A stretch of DNA of 64,000 bases from Comamonadaceae bacterium (GTDB lineage Bacteria; Pseudomonadota; Gammaproteobacteria; Burkholderiales; Burkholderiaceae_C): NCBI GenBank assembly GCA_947446885.1, contig CANFHZ010000001.1, positions 11,806 to 75,805 of the forward strand. Reading direction: 5' to 3'. The notes beneath the pieces were generated by a model, which worked only from the letters and a program-made list of their open reading frames with translations, was not told the origin of the DNA and searched no databases. A program made the position numbers and the translations under genes. Positions within the stretch are counted from its first letter, which is position 1, and each line of letters opens with the position of its first letter. Of this stretch, positions 29,225 to 41,072 are shown in pieces.

Positions 29225-29293
29225 AGGAAAGGCAAAACAGAAGCTACAGGATGCGCAGCCACAGGCGGCGCATGGCGGTGTGGCGCAGGGTAG

Positions 29294-30589
29294 CTACTGC
29301 TCGGGATCGGCTGCCGCGCTGTGCGGCGCGCCGTTTTTGCTGCGTAAAAAAAGGCGCTCGATGGCTGCGCTGGTGTGGGCGCGCTCTTGCGCGTCACCGG
29401 CTTGCAACTGCTGGTAAGCGCCATGCAGCATTTTTTGGGTCAGGCCTTTGGAGAGGGCTTCAAGGACGCTGCCCACGTCTTCGCCCCGCGCCAGCATCTT
29501 TTTGGCGCGCGCGATTTCGGCACCACGCCAGGTTTCGGTCTGGCTGTTGAGCTGCTGGATCAGGGGAACATGGGCGCGCTGGTCGACCCAGCGCATAAAG
29601 CTTTGCACGCCCGCGTCCACGATGGCTTCCGCCTGCGCCACGGCAGCCTGGCGGCTGGCCTGGGCGGTTTGCACCACGCCGGCCAGGTCGTCCACCGTGT
29701 ACAGGTAGACGTCGCGCAGGGCTTTGACTTCCATCTCAATGTCGCGCGGCACCGCCAGATCGACCATGAACATGGGCCGGTTGCGGCGGGCTTTGAGGGC
29801 GCGCTCCACCGCGCCAAGACCGATGATGGGCAGGGTACTGGCCGTGCAGCTGATGACGGCATCAAACTCGTGCAGGCGGTTTGGCAAATCGGCCAGCGGC
29901 ATCACGCTGGCCCCGAAGCGCCGTGCCAGTGCCTCGCCGCGCTCCAGGCTGCGGTTGGCCACCGCCATGCCTTTGGGGTTTTTGGCAGCAAAGTGCGTGG
30001 CGCACAAGTCAATCATCTCGCCCGCGCCCACAAACAGCACGCGGATCTGGCCCAGGTCTTCGAACAGCTGTCCGGCCAGGCGCACTGCGGCGGCGGCCAT
30101 GCTGATCGAGTGCGCGCCAATGTCAGTGGTGCTGCGCACTTCTTTGGCTACGGTGAAGGAGCGCTGGAAGAGTTGCGACAGCGTGCTGCCCAGCGCACCC
30201 GCTTCGTCAGCGATGCGCACGGCGTCCTTGAGCTGACCCAGGATTTGCGGCTCGCCCAGCACCATGGAATCCAGGCCGCTGGCCACGCGAAAGGCGTGCC
30301 GCGCCGCCAGGGTGTCGCTCAGACTGTAGGTGTGGCTGCGCAGGGCGTGGGCTGGGACGCCGCCGCATTGGGCCAGCCAGTCCAGCGTGCCTTCGATGTC
30401 GGGTTGCCCACCGGCGCAATAAATTTCGGTGCGGTTGCAGGTGGAGACGATGGTGGCCTCGGGTGCTTGCACCAGACTTTGGCGCAGGGCGTTCAGGTGC
30501 GGAACGATGTGTTCCAAGCCGAAGGCGAAGCGACCGCGCAGGTCCAGTGGCGCGGTGGTGTGGTTGATGCCAAGGGCCCAGACGGTCAT
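29294..30589 (-). CDS. hemA: Glutamyl-tRNA reductase
   Basis: [40 protein letters not shown] and DLAVPRDI. Confidence 0.97.
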   Translation of the reverse strand: MTVWALGINHTTAPLDLRGRFAFGLEHIVPHLNALRQSLVQAPEATIVSTCNRTEIYCAGGQPDIEGTLDWLAQCGGVPAHALRSHTYSLSDTLAARHAFRVASGLDSMVLGEPQILGQLKDAVRIADEAGALGSTLSQLFQRSFTVAKEVRSTTDIGAHSISMAAAAVRLAGQLFEDLGQIRVLFVGAGEMIDLCATHFAAKNPKGMAVANRSLERGEALARRFGASVMPLADLPNRLHEFDAVISCTASTLPIIGLGAVERALKARRNRPMFMVDLAVPRDIEMEVKALRDVYLYTVDDLAGVVQTAQASRQAAVAQAEAIVDAGVQSFMRWVDQRAHVPLIQQLNSQTETWRGAEIARAKKMLARGEDVGSVLEALSKGLTQKMLHGAYQQLQAGDAQERAHTSAAIERLFLRSKNGAPHSAAADPEQ

Positions 30590-30642
30590 AGAGGAGCGGA
30601 TTATAAAATTGTCCGCCCTTGCGGCATTCCCACTCCGCCGCC

Positions 30643-30918
30643 ATGAACCTTCTCACAATCCCTACCCACCTGCTCAATTTTGTGGCGCCTGCGGTGTTTG
30701 TCGGCACTTTTCTGGCGGTGGTAGCCCCGTGGGTCCTGCGCAAGTCCGTGCGCCGCAGCAGTTGGAGGGTGCGGGCGCTGAGCAACAGCCTGTGCGGTCT
30801 GGGCGCTTTGCTGGTCGGGCTCTGGGTGTTTGGCCACGACGGCAAGATGGCCAGTTACCTGGGCTTGTTGGTGGCCAGCGCGGCCAGTCAGTTTTTCTGG
30901 ATGCGGACGGGCCGGTGA
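30643..30918 (+). CDS. Small hypothetical membrane protein (about 3 TM)
   Basis: 91 aa, [17 protein letters not shown]...GHDGKMASY. Divergent from hemA. GTGA overlap with the GNAT gene. Confidence 0.65.
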   Translation: MNLLTIPTHLLNFVAPAVFVGTFLAVVAPWVLRKSVRRSSWRVRALSNSLCGLGALLVGLWVFGHDGKMASYLGLLVASAASQFFWMRTGR

Positions 30919-31463
30919 ACGCAGTGCCTGTTGATGCCGCTGTGATCGTCGCAGCGCGTGCCGAACATCTGCCCGCCTTGGAGGCGCTGATCTTTGACCA
31001 CGGTGCCAATAGCTGGAATTACCTGCCCGAAGACGGTATCCGTGCCCATCTGGCCGACATCGCCCGGGGCCGTGACCACGGCCTTGTGGCACTGCGCGAT
31101 GGCGACATCCTGGGTGCGGTCACTTTTGGTCTGAATACTGACTTCGACCGCTATGTGCCTGCGCCGCTGCGCGGCACACCCCAGGGCTATGTCAGCGAGG
31201 CTGTGGTGCGGCGTGACCGGGTGGGGCAGGGCCTGGGCACGCGGCTGCTGCGCGAGGCGCTGGCGGTGCTGTCCACCATGGGTGTGCAGAGGGTGTTTAT
31301 TGACCGCCACGAGGAGAACCATGCATCAGCCGGCATGATGCGCCGCGCCGGCTTTGTTGAAATTGACACCTATTCCGACCCCCGTCGGCGACCCCATGGC
31401 TCGGGTCGCACCACGGTGTGCTGCTTCAGCTACCCGGCTGAAAGTGGTCTACCCGGTCGGTAA
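30915..31463 (+). CDS. GNAT family N-acetyltransferase
   Basis: YVSEAVVRRDRVGQGLGTRLL (acetyl-CoA motif A) and ENHASAGMMRRAGF. Confidence 0.85.
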   Translation: MNAVPVDAAVIVAARAEHLPALEALIFDHGANSWNYLPEDGIRAHLADIARGRDHGLVALRDGDILGAVTFGLNTDFDRYVPAPLRGTPQGYVSEAVVRRDRVGQGLGTRLLREALAVLSTMGVQRVFIDRHEENHASAGMMRRAGFVEIDTYSDPRRRPHGSGRTTVCCFSYPAESGLPGR

Positions 31464-32187
31464 TCACGCCATCGGTTCCCAGGTCGATCAGGCGCCGGGC
31501 TTCTTGCGGGTCGTTCACGGTGTAGCTCAGCAGGCGAAATCCAGCTGCTTTGGCTTGGGCAACTGATTGCGCGTTCCATAGTTCGTGGTTGCAAACGATG
31601 GCGTGGCATTGCAGCCGGGTGGCATGGTCCAGCCAATGGGCCCAGGTGCCGTCTTCGCGTGCGTGGATGAGCAGGCCGCGCGGCATTTCGGGCTGGGCAG
31701 CGCGCGCGCCTTCGAGCGCGGGAATGTCAAACGAGGTCAACAAAGGGGGTGTTGCGCTGCCGCGCCATAAACGCGCCGCGTGCTGCGCCACCACCTCGCC
31801 GGTGTGGCGTTCGGTGCCGATGGTCGGCTTGATCTCGATATTGAGGAAATAGCCATTGGCGATACAAAAACGGGCGATGCCTTCCAGCGTGGGCAGCGGC
31901 TCCCCCGCGTATGCGGGGCTGTGCCAGCTGCCTGCATCACGTTGTGACAGCCTGTGCCATGGCTGCTGCCCAGCAATGCCACCGGTGTCACTGGCGTCAT
32001 GGGTGGTGCGCTCCAGCGTGTCGTCGTGCAGCAAAAAGGGCAGGCCGTCGCTGCTGAGTTTGACGTCACATTCGAACATGCGGTACCCGTGGGATGCGCC
32101 CAGGCGAAAAGCGGCCAGGGTGTTTTCCGGCGCCAGCGTGCCTGCGCCGCGGTGGGCGATCCAAAAAGGGTAGGGCCAGTTTTGCAT
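31426..32187 (-). CDS. ugpQ: Glycerophosphodiester phosphodiesterase
   Basis: IAHRGA..LAPENTLAAF, FECDVKLSSDG, HDDTLERTT, NIEIKP, YTVND and DGVITD. Confidence 0.93.
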   Translation of the reverse strand: MQNWPYPFWIAHRGAGTLAPENTLAAFRLGASHGYRMFECDVKLSSDGLPFLLHDDTLERTTHDASDTGGIAGQQPWHRLSQRDAGSWHSPAYAGEPLPTLEGIARFCIANGYFLNIEIKPTIGTERHTGEVVAQHAARLWRGSATPPLLTSFDIPALEGARAAQPEMPRGLLIHAREDGTWAHWLDHATRLQCHAIVCNHELWNAQSVAQAKAAGFRLLSYTVNDPQEARRLIDLGTDGVITDRVDHFQPGS

Positions 32188-32293
32188 AAGGTCTCTCGGA
32201 GCGGCGGTCGGGCGCATTGTGCCCCTGCGTTAACATCCACCGCCCATCGAAAACACGTCGCCTGCTTGCGACCGGGCGACAAGCCAGCCACCG

Positions 32294-35200
32294 ATGAACG
32301 CCCCCACGCAGCTCTCCCATCTCACTCCCGCGCATGCCCGCCCTGATGCGACCGACGACGGTAACGGACGCATCCGCGAAATTCCGTACAACTACACCTC
32401 GTTTTCTGACCGCGAAGTGGTGATACGCCTGCTGGGTGAGCCAGCTTGGGAGACGCTGACCAGCTTGCGCGGCGAGCGGCGCACCGGACGCTCAGCGCGC
32501 ATGCTGTATGAGGTCTTGGGTGATATCTGGGTGGTGCAGCGCAACCCCTATTTGCAGGACGATTTACTGGACAACCCCAAACGGCGCGCTTTGCTCGTGC
32601 AAGCCTTGCACCACCGCCTTGCGGAAATTGAAAAGCGCCGCACCCCAACCCTAGACCCCGAGCGCGACGCGATGGTGGTGGGTCTGTTGCAAGCGGCGCG
32701 CAGCGCGGTGCAGGCATTTGGCGCATCTTTTGCCGAGATGGCCGCACTGCGGCGCAAGACGCTGCGGGCGCTGGGGCGGCGTACCGCGCGCGACAACATC
32801 CAGTTTGATGGCCTGAGCCGGGTCGCCCATGTCACCGACGCCACCGACTGGCGGGTCGAGTACCCCTTTGTGGTGCTCACGCCCGACAGCGAGGCCGAAA
32901 TGGCGGGCCTGGTCAAGGCCTGTATCGATTTGGGTTTGAGCATCGTGCCGCGCGGTGGTGGCACCGGCTACACCGGCGGAGCCGTGCCGCTGACCTGGAA
33001 AAGCGCGGTCATCAACACCGAAAAGCTGGACGCCGTCAGCACTGTCGAGATGCGCCGCCTGCCGGGCCTGGACCAGGATGTGGCCACGGTCTGGAGCGAG
33101 GCCGGCGTGGTGACGCAGCGCGTGGCCGATGCGGCCGAGGCGGCCGGTTATGTGTTCGCGGTGGACCCGACCTCTGCCGAGGCTTCGTGCATCGGCGGCA
33201 ATATCGCCATGAACGCGGGCGGCAAAAAAGCCGTGCTCTGGGGCACTGCGCTGGACAACCTGGCGAGTTGGCGCATGGTCACGCCGCAAGCCCAGTGGCT
33301 GGAGGTGACCCGAATAGGCCACAACCTGGGCAAGATCCACGATGTGGCGATGGTGCACTTCCGGCTGGATTACTTCGAAGCCGACGGCACCACGCCGCTG
33401 CGCAGCGAAGACCTGCGCATTCCCGGTGCCAGTTTCCGTAAAGCCGGTTTGGGCAAAGACGTCACCGACAAGTTTTTGAGTGGTCTGCCCGGCATCCAGA
33501 AAGAAGGCTGCGACGGCCTGATTACCAGCGCGCGCTGGGTGGTGCACCGCATGCCGCAGCACACCCGCACGGTGTGCCTGGAATTTTTCGGTCATGCCCG
33601 CGACGCCGTGCCCAGCATCGTGGAGATCAAAGACTTCATGTTCGCGCAGGCGCAGCACAGCGGCGTGCTGCTGGCAGGCCTGGAGCACATGGACGACCGC
33701 TACCTCAAAGCCGTGGGCTATGCCACCAAGAGCCGGCGCGGCGCGCTCAGTGGCAACGGTTTGCCCAAGATGGTCTTGATCGGCGACATCGCAGGAGATG
33801 ACGCCGATGCCGTGGCACGCGCCACCTCCGAGGTGGTGCGCATTGCCAATTCGCGCAGCGGCGAGGGCTTTGTCGCCACCAGCGCCGAGGCCCGCAAAAA
33901 ATTCTGGCTGGACCGCAAACGCACCGCCGCCATCAGCCGCCACACCAATGCCTTCAAGATCAACGAAGACGTGGTGATTCCGCTGCCGCGCATGGCCGAG
34001 TACACCGATGGCATCGAGCGCATCAACATCGAGCTGTCCTTGCGCAACAAGCTGGCTTTGTGCGAGGCTTTGCAGGTGTTTTTCGATGCCGGCCATCTTC
34101 CGCTGGGCAAGGGCGATGACGCGGCGGAGATGTCTGCGTCTGACTTGCTTGAAGAGCGCGTTGCCCAGGCCCAGGCCCTGCTGGCCGGGGTGCGTGCGCA
34201 GTGGCAAAGCTGGCTCGACGACGTGGAGACGTTGTTTCCCCAGCTGCAGGACCACAGCCTGCGTGCCAGCTGGAAAACCCAGTTGCTGGCACCTTTGCAG
34301 ACCATCTTCACCGGTGGTGCTTTTGCGCCCATCGTTGCGCAGTGCCGTGCCATCCACCAGCGCGTGCTCAAGGGCCGCGTGTGGGCGGCTTTGCACATGC
34401 ACGCCGGCGACGGCAATGTGCATACCAATATTCCGGTCAACAGCGACGACTACGCCATGCTGCAAACTGCGCACCAGGCGGTGGCGCGCATCATGGCGCT
34501 GGCACGTTCACTCGACGGCGTGATCTCCGGCGAACATGGCATCGGCATCACCAAGCTGGAATTTTTGAGCGACGCCGAGTTGCAGCCTTTTGCCGACTAC
34601 AAAGCCCGCGTCGACCCCGAAGGCCGCTTTAACAAGGGCAAGCTGCTGCGGGCCGGCGTGGAAGAAGGCCATTCGCACAAGGCCTACACGCCGTCTTTCG
34701 GCCTGATGGGCCACGAATCGCTCATCATGCAGCAAAGCGACATCGGGGCAATCTCGGACTCCATCAAAGACTGCCTGCGCTGCGGCAAGTGCAAGCCGGT
34801 CTGCGCCACCCATGTGCCGCGCGCCAATTTGCTCTACAGCCCACGCAACAAGATTCTGGCGACATCGCTGCTGATTGAGGCCTTTTTGTACGAAGAGCAA
34901 ACCCGCCGCGGCATCAGCCTGCGGCACTGGGAAGAATTCGAAGACGTGGCTGACCATTGCACGGTGTGCCACAAATGCGCCAGCCCCTGTCCGGTGGACA
35001 TCGACTTCGGCGACGTCACCATGCACATGCGCAGCCTGCTGCGCAAGATGGGCAAAAAATCGTTCCGCCCCGGTAACGCGGCCGCCATGTTTTTCTTGAA
35101 CGCGACCAACCCCCAAACCATCCAATTCATGCGCAGCGCCATGGTCGATGTGGGCTTCAAGGCGCAGCGCATGGCTAATGATGTATTCCGGGCGCTGGCG

Positions 35201-36190
35201 CGCAAGCAAAGCGCCAAGCCGCCAGCCACCGTGGGTAAAGCACCGCTCAAAGAGCAGGTGATCCACTTCATCAACAAAAAAATGCCCGGTGGCCTGCCCA
35301 AAAAAACCGCCCGCGCGCTGCTCGATGTGGAGGATGCCGACTATGTGCCCATCATCCGCAACCCGCAAACCACCACGGGCGACAGCGAAGCGGTGTTTTA
35401 TTTCCCCGGGTGCGGTTCGGAGCGCCTGTTCAGCCAGGTCGGGCTGGCCACCCAGGCCATGCTCTGGCACGCGGGTGTGCAGACCGTGCTGCCGCCGGGT
35501 TATTTGTGCTGCGGCTATCCGCAGCGCGCCAGCGGCATGCAAGACCGGGCGGACAAAATCATCACCGACAACCGGGTGCTCTTCCACCGTGTGGCCAACA
35601 CCCTGAATTACCTGGACATCAAAACCGTGGTGGTGAGTTGCGGCACCTGCTACGACCAGCTGCAGGGCTACGAGTTCGAGAAAATTTTCCCCGGCTGCCG
35701 CATCGTCGACATCCACGAATATTTGCTGGAAAAAGGCATCACCCTCAACCCCGCACAACAGGGCGCGTATTTATTCCATGACCCTTGCCACAGCCCCATG
35801 AAGTTGCAGGAACCGATCAAAACGGTCAAAGCCCTGGTCGGAGATGCGGTGGTGCAAAGCGCGCGCTGCTGTGGTGAGTCGGGAACGCTGGGCGTCACCC
35901 GTCCCGACATTGCCACCCAGGTGCGCTTTCGCAAAGAAGAAGAGCTGCGCAAGGGCGAGGCCGCGTTGCAGATGCTGGCACCCCAGGCTGCGGCTGCGCC
36001 CACCAAAATTCTGACCAGCTGCCCGAGCTGCCTGCAAGGCCTGAGCCGTTACGGCAACGACCTTCAAAATGGTTTGCTCGAGGCCGACTACATCGTGGTC
36101 GAAATGGCCCGTCACATTCTGGGCGCGGACTGGTTGGAGGCCTATGTCGCCCGGGCCAATGCCGGCGGTATCGAGCGCGTACTGGTCTAG
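32294..36190 (+). CDS. Large FAD/Fe-S oxidoreductase (DUF3683 + FAD-linked oxidase + 2x[4Fe-4S] + CCG domains)
   Basis: [69 protein letters not shown] and RCCGESG. Confidence 0.9.
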   Translation: MNAPTQLSHLTPAHARPDATDDGNGRIREIPYNYTSFSDREVVIRLLGEPAWETLTSLRGERRTGRSARMLYEVLGDIWVVQRNPYLQDDLLDNPKRRALLVQALHHRLAEIEKRRTPTLDPERDAMVVGLLQAARSAVQAFGASFAEMAALRRKTLRALGRRTARDNIQFDGLSRVAHVTDATDWRVEYPFVVLTPDSEAEMAGLVKACIDLGLSIVPRGGGTGYTGGAVPLTWKSAVINTEKLDAVSTVEMRRLPGLDQDVATVWSEAGVVTQRVADAAEAAGYVFAVDPTSAEASCIGGNIAMNAGGKKAVLWGTALDNLASWRMVTPQAQWLEVTRIGHNLGKIHDVAMVHFRLDYFEADGTTPLRSEDLRIPGASFRKAGLGKDVTDKFLSGLPGIQKEGCDGLITSARWVVHRMPQHTRTVCLEFFGHARDAVPSIVEIKDFMFAQAQHSGVLLAGLEHMDDRYLKAVGYATKSRRGALSGNGLPKMVLIGDIAGDDADAVARATSEVVRIANSRSGEGFVATSAEARKKFWLDRKRTAAISRHTNAFKINEDVVIPLPRMAEYTDGIERINIELSLRNKLALCEALQVFFDAGHLPLGKGDDAAEMSASDLLEERVAQAQALLAGVRAQWQSWLDDVETLFPQLQDHSLRASWKTQLLAPLQTIFTGGAFAPIVAQCRAIHQRVLKGRVWAALHMHAGDGNVHTNIPVNSDDYAMLQTAHQAVARIMALARSLDGVISGEHGIGITKLEFLSDAELQPFADYKARVDPEGRFNKGKLLRAGVEEGHSHKAYTPSFGLMGHESLIMQQSDIGAISDSIKDCLRCGKCKPVCATHVPRANLLYSPRNKILATSLLIEAFLYEEQTRRGISLRHWEEFEDVADHCTVCHKCASPCPVDIDFGDVTMHMRSLLRKMGKKSFRPGNAAAMFFLNATNPQTIQFMRSAMVDVGFKAQRMANDVFRALARKQSAKPPATVGKAPLKEQVIHFINKKMPGGLPKKTARALLDVEDADYVPIIRNPQTTTGDSEAVFYFPGCGSERLFSQVGLATQAMLWHAGVQTVLPPGYLCCGYPQRASGMQDRADKIITDNRVLFHRVANTLNYLDIKTVVVSCGTCYDQLQGYEFEKIFPGCRIVDIHEYLLEKGITLNPAQQGAYLFHDPCHSPMKLQEPIKTVKALVGDAVVQSARCCGESGTLGVTRPDIATQVRFRKEEELRKGEAALQMLAPQAAAAPTKILTSCPSCLQGLSRYGNDLQNGLLEADYIVVEMARHILGADWLEAYVARANAGGIERVLV

Positions 36191-36225
36191 TTGCCGTACA
36201 TTCGCAGCCTTTCACAGAAAAGCCC

Positions 36226-36639
36226 ATGGCCGGACTCCGCAAAAACTCCCCCACACCGCAGGCTTTGACCGTGCATGCCCAGTCGCGCGTGCTGGAGGTC
36301 CGCTTTTCCGACGGCGCGTCGTTTCGCATTCCTTTTGAACTGATGCGGGTCTATTCACCATCAGCGGAGGTGCAGGGCCACGGCGAGGGCCAGGAAGTTT
36401 TGCAGACCGGCAAGCGGCTGGTCACGGTGCAAAGCCTGGAGCCGGTGGGCAATTACGCGGTGCAGCCGGTTTTTTCCGACGGCCACGATACCGGCATTTT
36501 TTCCTGGGACTATCTGTACCACCTGGGCGCACAGCAAGCCGATTTGTGGGCACAGTACGAAGCCCGTTTGCAGGCGGCCGGGCGCGACCGTGATGGGCCT
36601 ATGCCTGTTGCAGCAGCCTCCGGTTGCGCCAGTCACTAA
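36226..36639 (+). CDS. DUF971 / gamma-butyrobetaine hydroxylase-like N-terminal domain protein
   Basis: [21 protein letters not shown] and [15 protein letters not shown]. Confidence 0.88.
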   Translation: MAGLRKNSPTPQALTVHAQSRVLEVRFSDGASFRIPFELMRVYSPSAEVQGHGEGQEVLQTGKRLVTVQSLEPVGNYAVQPVFSDGHDTGIFSWDYLYHLGAQQADLWAQYEARLQAAGRDRDGPMPVAAASGCASH

Positions 36640-36662
36640 CGCACAGAGCAGGCCCTAGCGCT

Positions 36663-37394
36663 ATGAGCAAAACCCACTTTGGCTTCGAGTCGGTCGACGA
36701 GCACGAAAAGGCGCAGCGTGTGCGCGGCGTGTTCGACTCGGTAGCACCCAAATACGACCTGATGAATGATGTGATGTCGGGCGGACTGCACCGCGCCTGG
36801 AAGGCCTACACCGTGATGGTGGCCAACCTCAAGCCCGGTCAACGCGCACTGGATATTGCCGGGGGAACCGGCGATCTGGCGCTGGCCTTTGCCGGCAAGG
36901 TCGGGGCAGCTGGGCAGGTGGTGCATACCGACATCAACTACGCCATGCTCAGCACCGGGCGCAACCGGCTGATCGATGCGGGCGTGCTTTTGCCCACCGT
37001 GGTCTGCGATGCCGAGGCGCTGCCGTTCCCGGACGGCTATTTCGATCTGGTCAGCGTGGCATTTGGCCTGCGCAATATGACGCACAAGGAACAAGCGCTG
37101 GAAGAAATGTGCCGCGTGCTCAAGCCCGGCGGTAAATTGCTGGTGCTGGAGTTCTCCACCGTGGCCAAGCCGCTGCGGGCGGCCTATGACTGGTATTCCT
37201 TCGAAGTATTGCCCCGTCTGGGCCAATGGCTTGCCGGGGACGCGCAGAGCTACCGCTACCTGGCCGAGTCCATCCGCATGCACCCGGACCAGGCCACACT
37301 AAAGACCATGCTGCACAAAGGCGGTTTCGGCCATGTGGATTACCACAACCTCACGGCCGGTGTTGCCGCTTTACATGTTGGAATCAAGTGCTGA
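36663..37394 (+). CDS. ubiE: Ubiquinone/menaquinone C-methyltransferase
   Basis: [42 protein letters not shown] and [10 protein letters not shown]. Confidence 0.97.
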   Translation: MSKTHFGFESVDEHEKAQRVRGVFDSVAPKYDLMNDVMSGGLHRAWKAYTVMVANLKPGQRALDIAGGTGDLALAFAGKVGAAGQVVHTDINYAMLSTGRNRLIDAGVLLPTVVCDAEALPFPDGYFDLVSVAFGLRNMTHKEQALEEMCRVLKPGGKLLVLEFSTVAKPLRAAYDWYSFEVLPRLGQWLAGDAQSYRYLAESIRMHPDQATLKTMLHKGGFGHVDYHNLTAGVAALHVGIKC

Positions 37395-37434
37395 GCGCTG
37401 CAGCGTTTCGCATGTTTGAATTATTTTTGGAGTT

Positions 37435-38382
37435 GTGAACGTGAAATTTTTCGCCGCCTGTATGGCACTGGTGTTTTTGTTGATCAGTTTGAACGCGGAG
37501 GCCGGACGTCTGTCCGGTGGCCGCAAGATGGGCCGCCAGTCGAGCAATGTGGGTCAACAAGGCACCAGCCCGGCTGCGCCACCGGCAGCCCCGGCGCAGC
37601 AATCAATGCAACGACCAGCGCAAACCGCGCCTGCCCCCGTGGCACAACCCGCCCCACGCAGGCCCTGGGGCGCGATGCTGGGTGGCCTGGCCGCAGGTTT
37701 GGGTCTTGCTTGGTTGGCCCATTCCCTGGGTTTTGGCGCGGCATTCGGCAACATTCTGATGATTGGCTTGCTGATCATGCTGGCCTTCGGCGTGATCGCT
37801 TGGCTGATGCGCCGGCGCGTCGCTGCGCCGCCGCAAGCTTTTGCCGTGCCGGGTGGGAGCTACAGCCCGGCCTACCGGCCTGAGAACGTGGGAAATGATG
37901 CATCCGCCCGTCCTTATGAGCGCAGCTACTTCCAGCCCGAAGCGGGGCAGGGGAGCATGATCGGCTCCGCCTTGACCGGCTCGCAAGCCTGGGGCGTGCC
38001 GGCGGGTTTTGATACCGAAGGTTTTCTGACGGCGTGCAAGCGCAACTTCGTCAGCCTGCAATCCGCCTGGGACCATTCTGATTTGAGTGCGCTGCGCGCC
38101 TTTATGACCGATGAGATGCTGGGTGAAATCACAACCCAGTTGGCCGAGCGCGACACCCATACCGGCACGCCGGTGAATGTGACCGAGGTGGTCATGCTCG
38201 ACGCCCGCTTGTTGGGCATTGAAGAGACCGCGGTGGACTACCTGGCCAGCGTGGAGTTCTCCGGCATGATCCGCGAAAACCCCTCCACTGGCCCTGCACC
38301 ATTTCGCGAGGTCTGGAACATGAGCAAGCCCAAAGACGGCAGTGCCGGCTGGCTGGTAGCGGGTGTGCAGGCTTTGCAATAA
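37435..38382 (+). CDS. Tim44 domain-containing protein
   Basis: Signal peptide, GRLSGGRKMGRQ, a Pro/Ala/Gln linker, and C-terminal FVSLQSAWD...EVWNM. Canonical position after ubiE. Confidence 0.88.
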   Translation: MNVKFFAACMALVFLLISLNAEAGRLSGGRKMGRQSSNVGQQGTSPAAPPAAPAQQSMQRPAQTAPAPVAQPAPRRPWGAMLGGLAAGLGLAWLAHSLGFGAAFGNILMIGLLIMLAFGVIAWLMRRRVAAPPQAFAVPGGSYSPAYRPENVGNDASARPYERSYFQPEAGQGSMIGSALTGSQAWGVPAGFDTEGFLTACKRNFVSLQSAWDHSDLSALRAFMTDEMLGEITTQLAERDTHTGTPVNVTEVVMLDARLLGIEETAVDYLASVEFSGMIRENPSTGPAPFREVWNMSKPKDGSAGWLVAGVQALQ

Positions 38383-38439
38383 GCCCAGGCCGGGCAAGCC
38401 GCAGGGACATGCTTACCCTCGCTGCGGAATAATGCGGCC

Positions 38440-38991
38440 ATGCACCCCACCTCTCCATTCAGCGCTCCTTTGAACGATTTCTATCAATTCCTGAGTGGCA
38501 AGCGTGCCGCGCCGGTACCGCCGTGGGCGGTGCGTGAGTTGCAGCAGCGCCTGGTGCTGCTGCTCAACCACGTTGTGCAGCAAGAGCCCGCCGCCATGCT
38601 GCGCCTGAAGCAGCACAAAGGGCAACGCGTACTGGCCCGCTGGCAGGCGTATTCCCTGTTCTTTGTAATCACTCCGGCGGGTTTGCTGGATTTGGCCGAT
38701 GCGGCGGCGCGTCCTGATTTGTCTATCGTGCTGGCTGATGAAGCGCCGCTGGACATTGCCCGGCGGCTGATGCAGGGTGAGAAACCGTCGGTTCACATCG
38801 AGGGCGACGTGCAACTCGCAGCCGAAGTCAACTGGCTGGCCGACCATGTCCGCTGGGATCTGGAAGAAGACCTGTCCCGCCTGCTCGGCGATGTGCCCGC
38901 CCACCTGCTGGCGCAAGCTGCAAGCGGTGCCTTGACCATGCTGCGCAGCTTTGCGGCACGCCGCCCTGGCGCTTTTGGAAGTGCACGATGA
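38440..38991 (+). CDS. ubiJ: Ubiquinone biosynthesis accessory factor (SCP2 domain)
   Basis: [19 protein letters not shown] and LRWD-like [15 protein letters not shown]. Directly before ubiB. Confidence 0.85.
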   Translation: MHPTSPFSAPLNDFYQFLSGKRAAPVPPWAVRELQQRLVLLLNHVVQQEPAAMLRLKQHKGQRVLARWQAYSLFFVITPAGLLDLADAAARPDLSIVLADEAPLDIARRLMQGEKPSVHIEGDVQLAAEVNWLADHVRWDLEEDLSRLLGDVPAHLLAQAASGALTMLRSFAARRPGAFGSAR

Positions 38992-40568
38992 CGCGCCTCT
39001 TCCGGGGCGTTTTTATTGTCTGGGTGTTTTTGCGCTTCGGGCTCGATGTGCTGCTTTTGGGCAGCTTCGACCGGCCTTGGCTGAACTGGTTTGCGCGCCG
39101 TTTTTCCTGGGGCCGCAACCTCAGCGCCCCGCGCGGAGAACGCATCCGGCAAGCATTGGAAAGCCTGGGGCCGATTTTCATCAAACTCGGGCAGGTCTTG
39201 TCCACCCGGCGTGACCTGCTTGCGCTCGATATTGCCGATGAGCTGGCCAAACTGCAGGACGCAGTGCCGCCCTTTGACTCCGACCTGGCGGTTGCAGCCA
39301 TTGAGCGGGCCATGGGGCGGCCCATTGGCGCGGTCTTTACCAGCTTTGACCGCGTGCCGGTCGCCAGCGCCTCAGTAGCCCAGGTGCACTTTGCAGCGCT
39401 GGTGGACCGCGACGGGCGCGAGCGTGAAGTCGCCGTCAAGGTCTTGCGCCCGAATATGCTGGCGGTCATCGACAAAGACCTGGCGCTGATGCGCATGATG
39501 GCCGGTTGGCTGGAATGGCTGTCAGCCGATGGGCGCAGGCTCAAGCCACGCCAGGTGGTGGCCGAGTTCGACAAATACCTGCACGACGAACTCGATCTGG
39601 TGCGCGAGGCGTCCAGCGCCACGCAGTTGCGCCGCAACATGCAGGACCTCGGTCTGGTTTTGATTCCGGAGATGCTGTGGGACTACTGCAGCACCAACGT
39701 GCTGGTGATGGAGCGTATGCACGGAGTGCCGATCAGCCAAGTCGACCGGCTGCGCAGCGCCGGAGTGGATATCCCGCAGCTGGCGCGCGATGGCGTCACC
39801 ATTTTTTTCACCCAGGTGTTTCGCGATGGTTTTTTCCATGCCGATATGCATCCGGGCAATATCCAGGTCAGCCTGGATCCGCTGAGTTTCGGACGCTATA
39901 TCTCGCTGGATTTCGGCATCGTCGGTTCCCTTACCGAGGTGGACAAGGAATACCTGGCCCAAAACTTTGTGGCCTTTTTCCGGCGTGACTACAAACGGGT
40001 GGCCGAGTTGCATGTGGAATCGGGTTGGGTGCCGGCGGATACCCGGATCGATGAGCTGGAGGCCGCCGTGCGTGCCGTTTGCGAGCCTTACTTTGACCGC
40101 CCGCTGAAAGAAATCTCTCTGGGCATGGTCCTCATGCGTCTGTTCCAGACCTCGCGCCGCTTCCATGTGGAAATCCAGCCACAGCTGGTCTTGCTGCAAA
40201 AAACCCTGCTCAATATTGAGGGCTTGGGTCGCCAACTTGATCCGGATCTGGACTTGTGGGCGACGGCCAAGCCTTTTTTAGAGCAGTGGATGAAGGACCA
40301 GATCGGCCCCAAACGTTTGTGGAATGAGCTCAAGGCCCAGTCGCCGCGCTATGCCAAATTGCTTCCCGAGTTGCCCGGCCTGTTGCACAGCTATTTGCAG
40401 CGCGGCGGGTCTGCGCAAGCAGATCCGCATACCCAGCAGCTGGCTCTGCATCTTCTGGCCGAGCAGCGCCGCACCAATCGGCTCTTGCAGGCGCTGGTCT
40501 ATATGGCGGTGGGCTTTGTGATTGGTACTTTCGGGGTGGCAGCAATGGTCTGGCTGCACGTTCTGTAG
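38988..40568 (+). CDS. ubiB: Ubiquinone biosynthesis kinase-like protein
   Basis: [42 protein letters not shown] and LDFGIVG. Confidence 0.97.
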   Translation: MTRLFRGVFIVWVFLRFGLDVLLLGSFDRPWLNWFARRFSWGRNLSAPRGERIRQALESLGPIFIKLGQVLSTRRDLLALDIADELAKLQDAVPPFDSDLAVAAIERAMGRPIGAVFTSFDRVPVASASVAQVHFAALVDRDGREREVAVKVLRPNMLAVIDKDLALMRMMAGWLEWLSADGRRLKPRQVVAEFDKYLHDELDLVREASSATQLRRNMQDLGLVLIPEMLWDYCSTNVLVMERMHGVPISQVDRLRSAGVDIPQLARDGVTIFFTQVFRDGFFHADMHPGNIQVSLDPLSFGRYISLDFGIVGSLTEVDKEYLAQNFVAFFRRDYKRVAELHVESGWVPADTRIDELEAAVRAVCEPYFDRPLKEISLGMVLMRLFQTSRRFHVEIQPQLVLLQKTLLNIEGLGRQLDPDLDLWATAKPFLEQWMKDQIGPKRLWNELKAQSPRYAKLLPELPGLLHSYLQRGGSAQADPHTQQLALHLLAEQRRTNRLLQALVYMAVGFVIGTFGVAAMVWLHVL

Positions 40569-40660
40569 CGCGACCGCCGCAAGGCGCTGGTTTGGGGGCT
40601 GCCACCTATAATCGCGGGCTTCGCCCCGCCGGGCTTTTCCCGTCAAGAGATTCCCCCGCC

Positions 40661-41035
40661 ATGCCCATATACGCCTACCGCTGCGAGTCCTGTGGATTTG
40701 CCAAAGACGTGTTGCAGAAAATTTCCGACCCCCTGCTGACCGATTGCCCTGCCTGTGGCGAGGCCCGCTTCCAAAAACAGCTCACCGCAGCAGGATTCCA
40801 ACTCAAGGGATCGGGCTGGTATGTGACCGATTTCCGTGATGGCAACGGCAGCAAGCCGGCCCCCGTCAGCGATGCTGCACCGGCTGGTGACGCGAAGACA
40901 CCTGCCGCTACCGACGCAGCTGCAGCAACGCCTTCAAGCACACCCGCTGCGCCTCCTGTTACGGGTGCTGCTGGCGCGAGCGCCAGCGCCCCTGCCGCTG
41001 CCGCACCGGCTGCGCCCTCTGCCAGCGCGGCCTGA
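40661..41035 (+). CDS. FmdB family zinc-ribbon protein
   Basis: MPIYAYRCESCG...CPACG...GFQLKGSGWYVTDF with an Ala/Pro-rich tail. TATAAT at 40607-40612 upstream. Confidence 0.92.
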   Translation: MPIYAYRCESCGFAKDVLQKISDPLLTDCPACGEARFQKQLTAAGFQLKGSGWYVTDFRDGNGSKPAPVSDAAPAGDAKTPAATDAAAATPSSTPAAPPVTGAAGASASAPAAAAPAAPSASAA

Positions 41036-41072
41036 CGCGCTGCGACCGCCCGACCTGAGCCCGGCACACCCC

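Noticed and set aside
32651-35758. Long minus-strand ORFs (607 aa, 416 aa) opposite the FAD/Fe-S oxidoreductase
   Set aside because: Antisense frames kept open by codon bias. The translations have no protein-family features.
40860-41035. Ala/Pro-rich low-complexity repeats, and the upstream extension of ORF 40836-41705
   Set aside because: This is the ordinary disordered tail of the FmdB protein. DUF502 really starts at 41073.
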